Shown: positions 43,071 through 52,039 of the stretch, one piece after another
Numbering within the stretch: position 1 is the stretch's first letter
Layout: the number at the start of each line of letters is the position of its first letter
Assembly (NCBI GenBank): GCA_031549325.1
Contig: JAVBQA010000018.1
Span: 18,621-82,620 of the forward strand
Source: Eubacteriales bacterium
GTDB taxonomy: Bacteria; Bacillota; Clostridia; Christensenellales; Aristaeellaceae
Length of the DNA stretch: 64,000 nt
Direction: 5' to 3'
Program-made: the position numbers and the translations under genes
The notes under the pieces: generated by a model
The model's input: only the letters and a program-made list of their open reading frames with translations
Database searches by the model: none
Told to the model about the DNA's origin: nothing

Positions 43071-44210
43071 ATGCAGTACCGCTCCATTGGCAACACGGGA
43101 TTGAACGGCAGCGTGCTGGGCCTCGGCTGCGAGCACCTGGACAACAAGCCCTACGAGCAGGTGAAGGAGACGATCGACGCCGCGCTCGAGGTGGGTGTCA
43201 ACCTGATGGATATGTTCATGCCCGGGCTCGCGGTGCGCGAGAACCTGGCCAGAGCGCTGGGCGCGCGCAGGAAAGACGTGCTGATCCAGGGGCACATCGG
43301 CTCCACAGACGTCAAGCAGCAGTACGACATCAGCCGCGACCTGCCCACCGTGAAGCGCTTCTTCGAGGACATGCTGCGGCTGTTCGGGCGGATCGAGTTC
43401 GGCATGATGTTCTTCATCGACTCGGAGGAGGACTACAAGGGCGTGTTCGACACCGGCTTTGCGGACTACGTGCGGAGCCTCAAACAGAACGGCGACATCG
43501 GGCACATCGGGTTCAGCTCCCACAACCCGGTCACCGCCATGCGCGTGATCAACACGGGGCTTCCCGAGACGATGATGTTCAGCATCAACCCGGCGTTTGA
43601 CATGCTGCCGGCCAGCGAGTACGTCTTCGACCACTTCGAGAAGGGGTTTGGGCCGGAGCTGTTCCGGGGCATCGATCCGGTGCGCGCCGAGCTGTACAAG
43701 CTGTGCGAGCAGAAGGGCATCGGCGTCACCGTGATGAAGACGCTGGGCGCTGGCAAGCTGATCAGCAGGCAGCACTCGCCCTTCGCCCAGCCGCTCACCG
43801 TGCACCAGTGCATGCACTACGCGCTGACCCGGCCGGCGGTGAGCAGCGTGCTGCTCGGCTGCAAGAGCCGCCAGGAAGTGCTGGACGCCGCGCGCTATTT
43901 TGAGCTGAGCGCGGACGAGCTTGACTATGGCCCCGCGCTGGGCACGTTGCGCAACGATTTTGCGGGCAACTGCGTCTACTGCTCCCACTGTCAGCCCTGT
44001 CCGGTCCAGATCGACATCGCTGCTGTCAACAAGTATCTGGACATCGCGAAGCTGGACGAGCTGCATGTTCCGCCGTCGGTGAAATCGCACTACAAGGCGA
44101 TGCCCGCCAGCGGCGCGGACTGCATCGCCTGCGGCAGCTGCGAGAGCCGGTGCCCGTTCGGCGTGCCGGTGATCGACAACATGAGGAAGGCGGAGGCGCT
44201 GCTCGGGTAG
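43071..44210 (+). CDS. aldo/keto reductase with a C-terminal 4Fe-4S binding domain
   Basis: 379 aa. MQYRSIGNTGLNGSVLGLGCEHL AKR start. C-terminal CSHCQPCP and CIACGSCESRCP motifs. Confidence 0.85.
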   Translation: MQYRSIGNTGLNGSVLGLGCEHLDNKPYEQVKETIDAALEVGVNLMDMFMPGLAVRENLARALGARRKDVLIQGHIGSTDVKQQYDISRDLPTVKRFFEDMLRLFGRIEFGMMFFIDSEEDYKGVFDTGFADYVRSLKQNGDIGHIGFSSHNPVTAMRVINTGLPETMMFSINPAFDMLPASEYVFDHFEKGFGPELFRGIDPVRAELYKLCEQKGIGVTVMKTLGAGKLISRQHSPFAQPLTVHQCMHYALTRPAVSSVLLGCKSRQEVLDAARYFELSADELDYGPALGTLRNDFAGNCVYCSHCQPCPVQIDIAAVNKYLDIAKLDELHVPPSVKSHYKAMPASGADCIACGSCESRCPFGVPVIDNMRKAEALLG

Positions 44211-44224
44211 GGCCTATGCGCAAC

Positions 44225-44256
44225 AGACGAGGGATGGCGTTAGCCATCCCTCGTCT
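44225..44256. repeat. left copy of the duplicated 32-nt terminator segment flanking repeat copy C
   Basis: AGACGAGGGATGGCGTTAGCCATCCCTCGTCT is 30/32 identical to 44482-44513. Confidence 0.85.
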
Positions 44257-44481
44257 CAGGCTGTCAAAAGACTGCGTCTTTTGACAGCGAAATGCAAGTC
44301 TTGTGAATCGTGGATTCACGGGCAGACTTGCATGCATCAAGGATCGCAGCCTGCGGGCGCGCAGGTCGCCCTTCGGCGGCTTTGATCCGGGGGCTTCGGC
44401 CCCCGAAAACCCCCTTGGGCTCGGCTATTCTGCAGGCTCTACGTTTTTTCCCTGTATGAAACAGACTTTTTTGACAGACTG
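44257..44481 (+). mobile_element. 225-bp TIR-bounded hairpin-rich non-coding element (MITE-like), copy C
   Basis: CAGGCTGTCAAAA ... TTTTGACAGACTG (12/13 TIR). Same length and hairpin organisation as 18022-18246. Confidence 0.85.
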
Positions 44482-44513
44482 AGACAGGGGATGGCGTTAG
44501 CCATCCCTCGTCT
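44482..44513. repeat. right copy of the duplicated 32-nt terminator segment flanking repeat copy C
   Basis: AGACAGGGGATGGCGTTAGCCATCCCTCGTCT. The outer CAAC (44221-44224) and GTTG (44514-44517) of the original 40-nt palindrome are each present only once. Confidence 0.85.
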
Positions 44514-44526
44514 GTTGTACGGGCGG

Positions 44527-46188
44527 TTACAGCGTCAGATCGTCGTACTCGCCGTAGTTCGGGGGCACGACGCCCGGGTTGAACACGCTAACCAGCCGCC
44601 CCTCCACAAAATCCAGCTGCTCGTTGCCCGACACGGCGAACGGTATGTCTCTTCCCATGTATTGGATGCTGCCGGCGGTTCGCCGGGCGGTCATCCCGAT
44701 CACCGATTTCAGCCGGCCTTCCCGATCTGTCACCAGCCGCAGCCCGGCGGGGAAGGCCAAGACCAGTTCTCCGCCGCGGTACATTTGCGCGCCCGCAGGG
44801 CCGTTCACCAGCTCGATTAGCGCGCCGTCCACGCAGCGGCTGTAGCCGGTGAACTCGGCCACCGTCTGGCCGTAGTCCACGCCGCCGGGAACCTGGGACG
44901 TCAGCAGCAGCGTGCCGTCGGGCCTCGGGAAGACGCCGATCATGCGCTCCAGATAGTCCAGCAGCGTCAGCATGGTGGGGGTGTAGTTTTCCTTGTAGCC
45001 GGGGACGCCGACCCAGGCGCTCAGGCTGCCCGCGAACCGGTCGAAGCGGGACAGCGCCGTCACGATCGGATGCAGAATCCACGACAGCTCCACATGGCGG
45101 CGGTGGTGGTCGAACATCGCGGGCAGCCGCAGCTCCGTCAGGAAGCTGATCTGTCCCGACCAGCTGTTGTGTTCGATGGTCTGGCTGAAGCCGGGCTCGT
45201 CCATGGCGATGGTGGTGATGGGGTAGCGCGCGAAGTACTTGCGGGTGTTCAGGAAATAGCGGCGCAGCGCGTCCTCGAACATCTGGTCGTCGCCCACCTC
45301 GCAGGCGAAAACCCGCATCAGGTTGTCGGTCTGGATGCGCACGAACCTTCCCAGCTTGTCCCGGTCGTAGAAATAGTGGTCGCGCTCGTCGTAGCAGTGC
45401 TCCATCAGGCTCTTCAGCGTCTGGGCGGCCTTGGCCGTCCAGTCGGCCGCGATGGAAAGCTCGTCCGCCATTTTTTGCAGGTACAGCCGCTGGCAATAGA
45501 CGTTGGCGGTCATGTCGGGCGCGAGGAACGGCAGGATGGGGGAGGCCGGATCGCACCGGGCGGGGTCGGCGTTAAGCGGCACGTCCGGGCAGTGCCAGAA
45601 GCGGGGCGATGCGTCGTTGCCGGTGTCAAACGTGCAGAACGCCTCCACGCAGCCGGTGCCGCGCGTGTCCCGGTGCTTGGCGAGCCATTCGTCATTGCGC
45701 GCGATGGCGTGGTACATCTTGCCGAGAAAAGCCTTGTCCCCGTGCAGCTGGTAGTGGTTCCACACGCAGCGCGCCAGCGGCGTGACCATCTGCACCTGGC
45801 GGTAGGCCGGGCCCGCGTCCGTGTGCTTGTAGGGGATCAGCCCGTCGTCCCGGATGTAGTCGGCGAACAGCGCAAAGCTGCTCTGCGCCGCGCCCGGGCA
45901 GAAGCGGGAAAAGACCTCGCTGTTGATGGTGCCGGTGCTCTCCAGCCAGCAGCCGATGAAGTTCGCGCCCTCGATCAGCATCGGGGAGCCGTTGGCCGAC
46001 GGCCACACGCAGCGCATCAGGCTTTCGACGGCGCGGTAGAACACGGCCTCGATCTCCGGGTGGGAGGCCGCGAACTTCACGCCGGAGCCGAGAAAGTCCC
46101 GGAGTGCGGCCTGGCCGGCCTCGGCGTCCGGGGCGGCCACGCGGGATTCGACGGTGGTGGAGCGGAGTTTTTCAAGGATGGATCGCAT
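44527..46188 (-). CDS. six-hairpin glycoside hydrolase (GH63/MGH1- or trehalase-like)
   Basis: ORF 44527..46218; ATG 46188 follows GGGGAGG. FDTGNDASPRFW resembles the (E/D)SGMDNSPRW block of GH63/GH37-type (alpha/alpha)6 enzymes. Sits in a sugar-utilisation locus. Confidence 0.65.
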   Translation of the reverse strand: MRSILEKLRSTTVESRVAAPDAEAGQAALRDFLGSGVKFAASHPEIEAVFYRAVESLMRCVWPSANGSPMLIEGANFIGCWLESTGTINSEVFSRFCPGAAQSSFALFADYIRDDGLIPYKHTDAGPAYRQVQMVTPLARCVWNHYQLHGDKAFLGKMYHAIARNDEWLAKHRDTRGTGCVEAFCTFDTGNDASPRFWHCPDVPLNADPARCDPASPILPFLAPDMTANVYCQRLYLQKMADELSIAADWTAKAAQTLKSLMEHCYDERDHYFYDRDKLGRFVRIQTDNLMRVFACEVGDDQMFEDALRRYFLNTRKYFARYPITTIAMDEPGFSQTIEHNSWSGQISFLTELRLPAMFDHHRRHVELSWILHPIVTALSRFDRFAGSLSAWVGVPGYKENYTPTMLTLLDYLERMIGVFPRPDGTLLLTSQVPGGVDYGQTVAEFTGYSRCVDGALIELVNGPAGAQMYRGGELVLAFPAGLRLVTDREGRLKSVIGMTARRTAGSIQYMGRDIPFAVSGNEQLDFVEGRLVSVFNPGVVPPNYGEYDDLTL

Positions 46189-46263
46189 AACAGCCTCCCC
46201 GTTTGCGGCCGCGGTCAACGGGCGCCAAAGAGCGTCGCGGGACCGCGGCGGCGTTGCATGTTC

Positions 46264-47655
46264 TCAAAGGTTCCAGCCCTCGGGCAGATACTTGCGCGTG
46301 GCGCCGAGCATTTTCCGAAGCAGCGCGTCGCCGTCGTCCGGGCTGATCCGATCCAGCATCGGGTCGTTCAGGAAGGTGCTGAGCGCCAGGGGGTAATCCC
46401 TGTTCAGCGCGGCTTCCAGCGCGTTTTTTTGGTTCAGCGCGTGGCGCATGACCAGCGCGTGCACGCTCCCGGGGATCGCGCCCGCCAGCACCGGGCGGAT
46501 CTCGCCGCGCCGGAACAGCGCGTTGGTCTCGACGACGCTCCCCAGCGGCAGATTCTCGATCTGGCCCCGATTGGGCACGTTCACATTGCTCACCAGGTCC
46601 CCCAGCCCCAGCAGCGCCTTGATCAGCAGGTGCCCCTCTTCGCCGGAGGGCACGAGCCGGATGGGCTCGGTGCCGGAAACCAGCGCCGCGCTGCGAAGGA
46701 GCCGCTTTTCCAGGTCGCCCACGCGCCAATCCACCGCGGTCAGGCTGAACATCCAGGATTTGGCGGTTTCGGGGCTTTGCAGGTACCCGGGCATGAACTC
46801 GGCCAGGTGGCGGTCGCCCGCCGCGCCGATCAGCCCGTAGCGCCGGAACAGGTCGAACTTCACCCGGTGCGCGCACTCGAACACGCTGTTCATCCAGTTG
46901 TCATCCTTGCCCTGGGTGAATCCGGCTGCGTAATGCTTTTCGGCGAATGCGCGAAACAGCGGGAACAGGTCCATCCCCTCGTAGCTGGCGCTGTCAAACC
47001 AGGTGAAGTGGTTCAGCCCCAGCACGTTCACGCGGATGGCCTGGCGCTTGACATCGGCGACGCCCTTCATATCCTTCAGCATGGCGGCCAGCAGCTTCTG
47101 CGTGCCGAACACCTCGTGGCAGCAGCCGAACGCGCGGATGCCGGGGAACACGTGGTACAGCGTCTGCATGCACAGCGTCATGGGGTTCGTGTAGTTGATG
47201 ACCCAGGCGCCGGGCGCGTGATCGCGGATGGCTTCGGCGATGGTCACATACATGGGGATGGCGCGCATGGCGCGCACGAAGCCGCCCGGGCCGACCGTGT
47301 CGCCCACCGACTGCCAGATGCCCAGGGCCTCCGGCGCGTGCACGTCGCTCCTCATCTCCTCGAAAGTGCCCGGCAGAATGGAGATCACCACGAAATCCGC
47401 GCCGGTGAGCGCGTCCTCCAGGGTGTCTGAAACTTCGTATCCCCAGCGCGACTTGGCATCCGGGTGGCCGGAGATCTTCTCGCCGATGGCGCGGTTGGCT
47501 TCGGCGGCCTCGCGGTCAATGTCGTAAAGGCGCACGCGGCCTTGCATGTCGGGGTCGGCGGCCAGGTCCATCATGAAGCCCCAGGCCCAGCCCCGGCTGC
47601 CGCCGCCGATGTACGCGATGCGCAGATCGCGCGCTTTTCCATGTTCAATGGTCAC
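46264..47655 (-). CDS. glycoside hydrolase family 4 (alpha-galactosidase/alpha-galacturonidase-like, NAD-dependent)
   Basis: ORF 46264..47664. IAYIGGGSRGWAW Rossmann start, NYTNPM, GCCHEVFGTQ GH4 blocks. Start is GTG 47655 or 47664. Confidence 0.85.
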   Translation of the reverse strand: MTIEHGKARDLRIAYIGGGSRGWAWGFMMDLAADPDMQGRVRLYDIDREAAEANRAIGEKISGHPDAKSRWGYEVSDTLEDALTGADFVVISILPGTFEEMRSDVHAPEALGIWQSVGDTVGPGGFVRAMRAIPMYVTIAEAIRDHAPGAWVINYTNPMTLCMQTLYHVFPGIRAFGCCHEVFGTQKLLAAMLKDMKGVADVKRQAIRVNVLGLNHFTWFDSASYEGMDLFPLFRAFAEKHYAAGFTQGKDDNWMNSVFECAHRVKFDLFRRYGLIGAAGDRHLAEFMPGYLQSPETAKSWMFSLTAVDWRVGDLEKRLLRSAALVSGTEPIRLVPSGEEGHLLIKALLGLGDLVSNVNVPNRGQIENLPLGSVVETNALFRRGEIRPVLAGAIPGSVHALVMRHALNQKNALEAALNRDYPLALSTFLNDPMLDRISPDDGDALLRKMLGATRKYLPEGWNL

Positions 47656-47752
47656 AGGGAACACCTCGATCCATGACGCGGGGCGGAGGTTACTCCGCCC
47701 CGCGTGATGATGTTTTGGGAGGGGACGCTCAAGGGGCGATGCCCGTTGCCCC

Positions 47753-49012
47753 TTACTGCTTGGCGATCATTTCGTTCAGGAAGTCAAAGGCCTCCTGCGC
47801 GGCGGTCTGGGTGTCCTTGGTTCCGAACGCCACCTCCTGGCAGATGCGCTTGAAGCCGTCGGTGAACTCCTGGTCGTTGGGGACGTTGGGATCCATGGGG
47901 GTGGTGTGGCCGGCGGCGATGGCGTACAGGTCGTAGATCATCTGGTCGACCGGGGTGGCCTGCTCGGCGATCGCGGCGCGCACATTGGCGTTGGCCGAAA
48001 TGCCGCGGTCGTTGCCCAGCACCAGGCCCACCTCCGGGGTGTTCACAAAGAAGTTGATGAACTTGGCGGCGGCGTCCTGCACCTTGCTCTGCTTGTTGAC
48101 GCAGAAGTACTGGCTGGGCATGATCCAGGCGGCGTTCTTGTCCATGTCGGGCAGCGGCATGATGGCCAGCTCGTCCTGCATCGCGTCCTGATAGCCCACC
48201 AGCTGGTTGCTGTACAGCACGCACATGGCGGCCTTGCCCGCCACCATGGAGGAGGTGTCCACGCCCTGCTCAGAGTACTGCGCGCTGGTCTCCGCGTCGG
48301 GCACCAGGCCCTTTTCGCGCCAGCCCTGCCACATGTCCAGGAAGTCCTTGATGACGGCCGCGTCGGCCTTGGTCACGCCCTCGCTGGTGTAGAGGGGCTT
48401 GTCCATCTGGCGGCTGTAGAAGCTGACGTAGTTGGTGTTGTGGCCGCTGTTGTCGGCCATGGGGAACATGCCCTCGGGTAGCAGCGGCTTGATCTTCTCG
48501 CAGTAAGCGGCCAGATCCGCCCAGCTGGCGCCCGGCGCGGGCAGCTCGGCGCCGGCGCTCTCCAGCGCCGTCTTGTTGTACACGATGCCCATCATGTTGG
48601 TGCCCAGGCACAGCCCGTAGGTGTTGCCGTCGATCGTGGCGGAATCGATGACGCCCTGGTCGATGCCCGAGATGTCAATCAGGTTGCCGAAGAAGCCGTT
48701 CAGCGGCATCAGCACATCTTTCTTCACGTAATCGGGGTAGTTGCCGCCGAACTGGATCACGTCCGGCGCGTTGCCGCCGGCCACCTGGGTGGCCAGCTTG
48801 TCCCAGTAGCTGTCGCCGCCCATGTATTCGGGCACGACCTTGATGTCCGGATTGGCGGCCTCAAACAGCTCGACCACCTTCAGCGTCTTTTCGTGGCGCG
48901 AGTCGCCGCCCCACCACACGATGCGCAGCTCGGTCTGCGCGGCCGCGCGGGCGGTCAGCCCGAGGCCCAGGACCATCGAGAGAACGAGCACCAGGCAAAG
49001 CAACCTCTTCAT
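47753..49012 (-). CDS. ABC transporter extracellular sugar-binding protein (CUT1 type)
   Basis: 419 aa. GGAGGA RBS and signal peptide MKRLLCLVLVLSMVLGLGLTARA. Followed by two permease genes. Confidence 0.88.
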   Translation of the reverse strand: MKRLLCLVLVLSMVLGLGLTARAAAQTELRIVWWGGDSRHEKTLKVVELFEAANPDIKVVPEYMGGDSYWDKLATQVAGGNAPDVIQFGGNYPDYVKKDVLMPLNGFFGNLIDISGIDQGVIDSATIDGNTYGLCLGTNMMGIVYNKTALESAGAELPAPGASWADLAAYCEKIKPLLPEGMFPMADNSGHNTNYVSFYSRQMDKPLYTSEGVTKADAAVIKDFLDMWQGWREKGLVPDAETSAQYSEQGVDTSSMVAGKAAMCVLYSNQLVGYQDAMQDELAIMPLPDMDKNAAWIMPSQYFCVNKQSKVQDAAAKFINFFVNTPEVGLVLGNDRGISANANVRAAIAEQATPVDQMIYDLYAIAAGHTTPMDPNVPNDQEFTDGFKRICQEVAFGTKDTQTAAQEAFDFLNEMIAKQ

Positions 49013-49063
49013 GAACAGATTCCTCCTAAGCTCATTGTTTTGTTGTACGCAAAGGGGCGCGTG

Positions 49064-49912
49064 TTACCCCTTGATACCGGTGGTTGCGATCCCCTGCACG
49101 AAATACTTCTGCAGCGAGAAGAACAGCGCGAAGCAGGGCGCCATGGACAGCACGGACATCGCGAACATCGGCCCCCAGCTGGACTGGCCGGACGAGTCCA
49201 TGAACATCCGAAGCCCCAGGGTCACGGTGTACTTGGCGGGCGTGTTCAGGTACAGCAGCTGGTTGAAGAAGTCGTCCCACGTCCAAAGAAAGCTGAACAG
49301 CGCGGTGGTGACCATGGCGGGCACGCACAGCGGCACGATGATCCGGAAGAAGATGCCGACTTTGCCGCAGCCGTCCAGCGTGGCCGATTCGTCCAGATCC
49401 TTGGGCAGCCCGCGCACGAACTGCACCAGCAGGAACACAAAGAACGCGTCGGTCGCCAGCAGCTTGGGCGCGATCAGCGGCAGATAGCTGTCCACCCAGC
49501 CGAAGTTGTTGAACATCACGTAGCGGGGGATGGTGGTCACGTGGGTGGGCAGCATGATGGACAGCATCATGATCCCGAACCACAGCCCCTTCAGCGCGAA
49601 TTTCAGCCGCCCGAACGCGTAAGCGGCCATCGAGCAGGACACGATGTTGCACACCACCACGCAGCCGCACACCAGCAGCGAGTTGGCGAAGAACGCGCTG
49701 AAATGGATGCGCCCCACGCCCTGCCAGCCCTTGATGTAGTGCTCGAAGGAGAAGCTCCCGGACAGCAGGCTCGGGTCGGTGAAGATGGTGTTGCCCGGCT
49801 TGAGCGAGCTGCTGATCAGCCACAGCACCGGATACAGCATCAGCACGCCGAACGCGATGATGACGGCGTGGGCGCAGCCCTTGCCCAGAATGGATCGCAG
49901 TTTTTTGTTCAT
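49064..49912 (-). CDS. carbohydrate ABC transporter permease (MalG-like)
   Basis: The last 282 codons of ORF 49064..50668, starting MNKKLRSILGK. EAA-loop motif DESATLDGCGKVGIFFRIIVP. Confidence 0.88.
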   Translation of the reverse strand: MNKKLRSILGKGCAHAVIIAFGVLMLYPVLWLISSSLKPGNTIFTDPSLLSGSFSFEHYIKGWQGVGRIHFSAFFANSLLVCGCVVVCNIVSCSMAAYAFGRLKFALKGLWFGIMMLSIMLPTHVTTIPRYVMFNNFGWVDSYLPLIAPKLLATDAFFVFLLVQFVRGLPKDLDESATLDGCGKVGIFFRIIVPLCVPAMVTTALFSFLWTWDDFFNQLLYLNTPAKYTVTLGLRMFMDSSGQSSWGPMFAMSVLSMAPCFALFFSLQKYFVQGIATTGIKG

Positions 49913-49917
49913 CGGCG

Positions 49918-50826
49918 TCACTCCCCGCTGCCGTAGCTGACCCACCCGCCCGACGAGCGGAAGATCAGCGCCGTCAGGATTCCGATGATCAGCAGCAGCA
50001 CCCAGGCCATCGCGGAGGCGTAGCCCATCTCGTAATAGTAGAAGCCCTTGGTGTAGAGGTAGAGCGTGTAAAACATGGTGCTGTCCAGCGGGCCGCCCTT
50101 GCCCGCGCTGATGACGAACGCCTGGGTGAACGCCTGAAACGCGCTGATCATCTGCATCACCAGGTTGAACAGGATCACCGGGGACAGGGCGGGCAGCGTG
50201 ATGCGGAAGAACTTGGTCAAGGGGCCCGCGCCGTCCACGCTGGCGGCCTCGTAGTATTCGTCCGGAATCTGCTTCAGCCCGGCCAGAAAGATGATCATGG
50301 AGCTGCCAAACTGCCAAACGGTGAGCAGCACCAGCGTGTACAGCGCGTACCGCGGGTTGGCGATCCAGGCGGGCGGGTTCACAAAGCCCATCATCTTCAG
50401 GAACACGTTGACCACGCCGTCCCCCGAGAACAGCCGCTTCCACAGCATGGCAATGGCCACCGAGCCGCCGAGCAGGGTGGGGATGTAGTACACCGCGCGG
50501 TACAGCCCGATCAGCCGCAGCTTCTGGTTCATGATCTGCGCGATCACCAGCGCGAACGCAAGCTTCAGCGGCACCGCCAGGAACACATAGGTGAACGTGA
50601 CCTGAAGCGACTTCAGATAGGTCTTGTCGGCGGTGAACATCTTGATGTAATTGGCCATGCCGGCCCACCTGGGCGCGGTCAGCATGTCGAACTGCGTGAA
50701 AGAATAGTAGAGCGACTGAATCATGGGGTACAGCGTCAGCACGAAGAACCCCAGCAGCCAGGGCGCGAGAAACAGGTATCCCGTCGCGTTGTCGTGAAGG
50801 GATCGCCTCAAGGCGCGTCGTTGCAT
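49918..50826 (-). CDS. carbohydrate ABC transporter permease (MalF-like)
   Basis: 302 aa. EAA-loop motif YEAASVDGAGPLTKFFRITLP. Confidence 0.88.
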   Translation of the reverse strand: MQRRALRRSLHDNATGYLFLAPWLLGFFVLTLYPMIQSLYYSFTQFDMLTAPRWAGMANYIKMFTADKTYLKSLQVTFTYVFLAVPLKLAFALVIAQIMNQKLRLIGLYRAVYYIPTLLGGSVAIAMLWKRLFSGDGVVNVFLKMMGFVNPPAWIANPRYALYTLVLLTVWQFGSSMIIFLAGLKQIPDEYYEAASVDGAGPLTKFFRITLPALSPVILFNLVMQMISAFQAFTQAFVISAGKGGPLDSTMFYTLYLYTKGFYYYEMGYASAMAWVLLLIIGILTALIFRSSGGWVSYGSGE

Positions 50827-50979
50827 GCGTTTGTCCCCTTTCAGCGGCCTTTGTTGCGTAAAGTTGTAACTATTTACACATGGATTATAGCGTCATACAC
50901 AAATGAAGTCAATAGGTCTTGCGTGATTTTGTGAAAAATGATAACATGTTATGTGGAATCAGTTACGGAGGCGGAAGAG

Positions 50980-51966
50980 ATGAACATTCGCGACATTGCG
51001 GCGCGCTGCGGCGTGTCGGTGGCCACGGTTTCGCGCGTCATCAACGACAGCAAGAGCGTCAGCGAAAAGACCCGCGAGAAGGTGCTGCGCGAGATGCGCG
51101 AGCAGGGCTTCACCCCCAACGCCTTCGCGCGCGGGCTGGGGCTGAACTCCATGCGCATGGTGGGCATCCTGTGCACCGATGTGGCCAATCCGTTCTACGC
51201 GCGGGCGGTGTCGCTGCTCTCGCTGCGCCTGCGCGGCAAGGGCCTGGACACGCTGCTCAGCTGCTGCGGCACGGCGCTGGAAGAAAAGAAGAAGTGCCTG
51301 TCCATGCTGCTGCAAAAGCGGGTGGACGCCATCGTGCTGGTGGGCGCGGCGTTCCGCGAGCGGCGGGACAACCGCCACATCATCGAGGCCGCGCGGCAGG
51401 TGCCGGTTTTCCTCATCAACGCGCTGCTGGAGCAGCCCAATGTGTATTGCGTGCTGTGCGACGAGCGCGAGGCCATGCGCGCCGGCGTGAAGCGGCTGGC
51501 GGCGGCGGGCTGCCGGAGGATTCTGTATCTGCACGACATGACGGGCTGGGCCTGGGCGGGCAGCCAGAAGCTGGACGGGTTCCGCCAGGGCATGCTGGAG
51601 GCGGGGCTGGCCCCGGACGGCGAGCTGATCCAGGCCGTGGATTCGGGCGTGGGCGCCGCCCAGGCGCGGGTGGCGCGGATGCTTCGGCAGGGCGCGGGGT
51701 TCGACGGGGTGATCGCCTCGGAGGATGTGCTGGCCGTGGGCGCGCTGAAGGCTTGCGGTGAGGCAGGGCTGCGCGTGCCGATTGTCGGCTTCAACAACTC
51801 GCTTTTGTGCGAGTGCACCACGCCCACGCTGAGCAGCGTGGACAACATGCTGGATTCGCTGTGCCCCGCCGCCGTGGACATGCTGGACCGGCTGCTGCTG
51901 GGCGGCGCGGCGCCGAACGTGGTGACGGTGTCGGCGGCGCTCGTCGAGCGGGAAACCTTTCCATAA
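50980..51966 (+). CDS. LacI family transcriptional regulator
   Basis: ORF 50938..51966; ATG 50980. HTH IRDIAARCGVSVATVSRVIND. Divergent from the ABC transporter operon. Confidence 0.88.
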   Translation: MNIRDIAARCGVSVATVSRVINDSKSVSEKTREKVLREMREQGFTPNAFARGLGLNSMRMVGILCTDVANPFYARAVSLLSLRLRGKGLDTLLSCCGTALEEKKKCLSMLLQKRVDAIVLVGAAFRERRDNRHIIEAARQVPVFLINALLEQPNVYCVLCDEREAMRAGVKRLAAAGCRRILYLHDMTGWAWAGSQKLDGFRQGMLEAGLAPDGELIQAVDSGVGAAQARVARMLRQGAGFDGVIASEDVLAVGALKACGEAGLRVPIVGFNNSLLCECTTPTLSSVDNMLDSLCPAAVDMLDRLLLGGAAPNVVTVSAALVERETFP

Positions 51967-52003
51967 AAGGAAAACGGCGGGCCGATGCGCTCATCAGCCC
52001 GCC
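51964..52003 (-). terminator. intrinsic terminator downstream of hydF
   Basis: Minus strand reads GGCGGGC-tgatgagcgcatcg-GCCCGCC followed by GTTTTCCTTTT. Confidence 0.55.
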
Positions 52004-52039
52004 CCGCGCCCCGGCCGCCTGTGCGTGGGCGTTCTTTTT

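Noticed and set aside
41525-43147. The upstream 540 codons of the 779-aa minus-strand ORF 40808..43147.
   Set aside because: Only the last 238 codons (40808-41524) have an RBS and ferredoxin motifs. The remainder is antisense to the Crp/Fnr and rubrerythrin genes.
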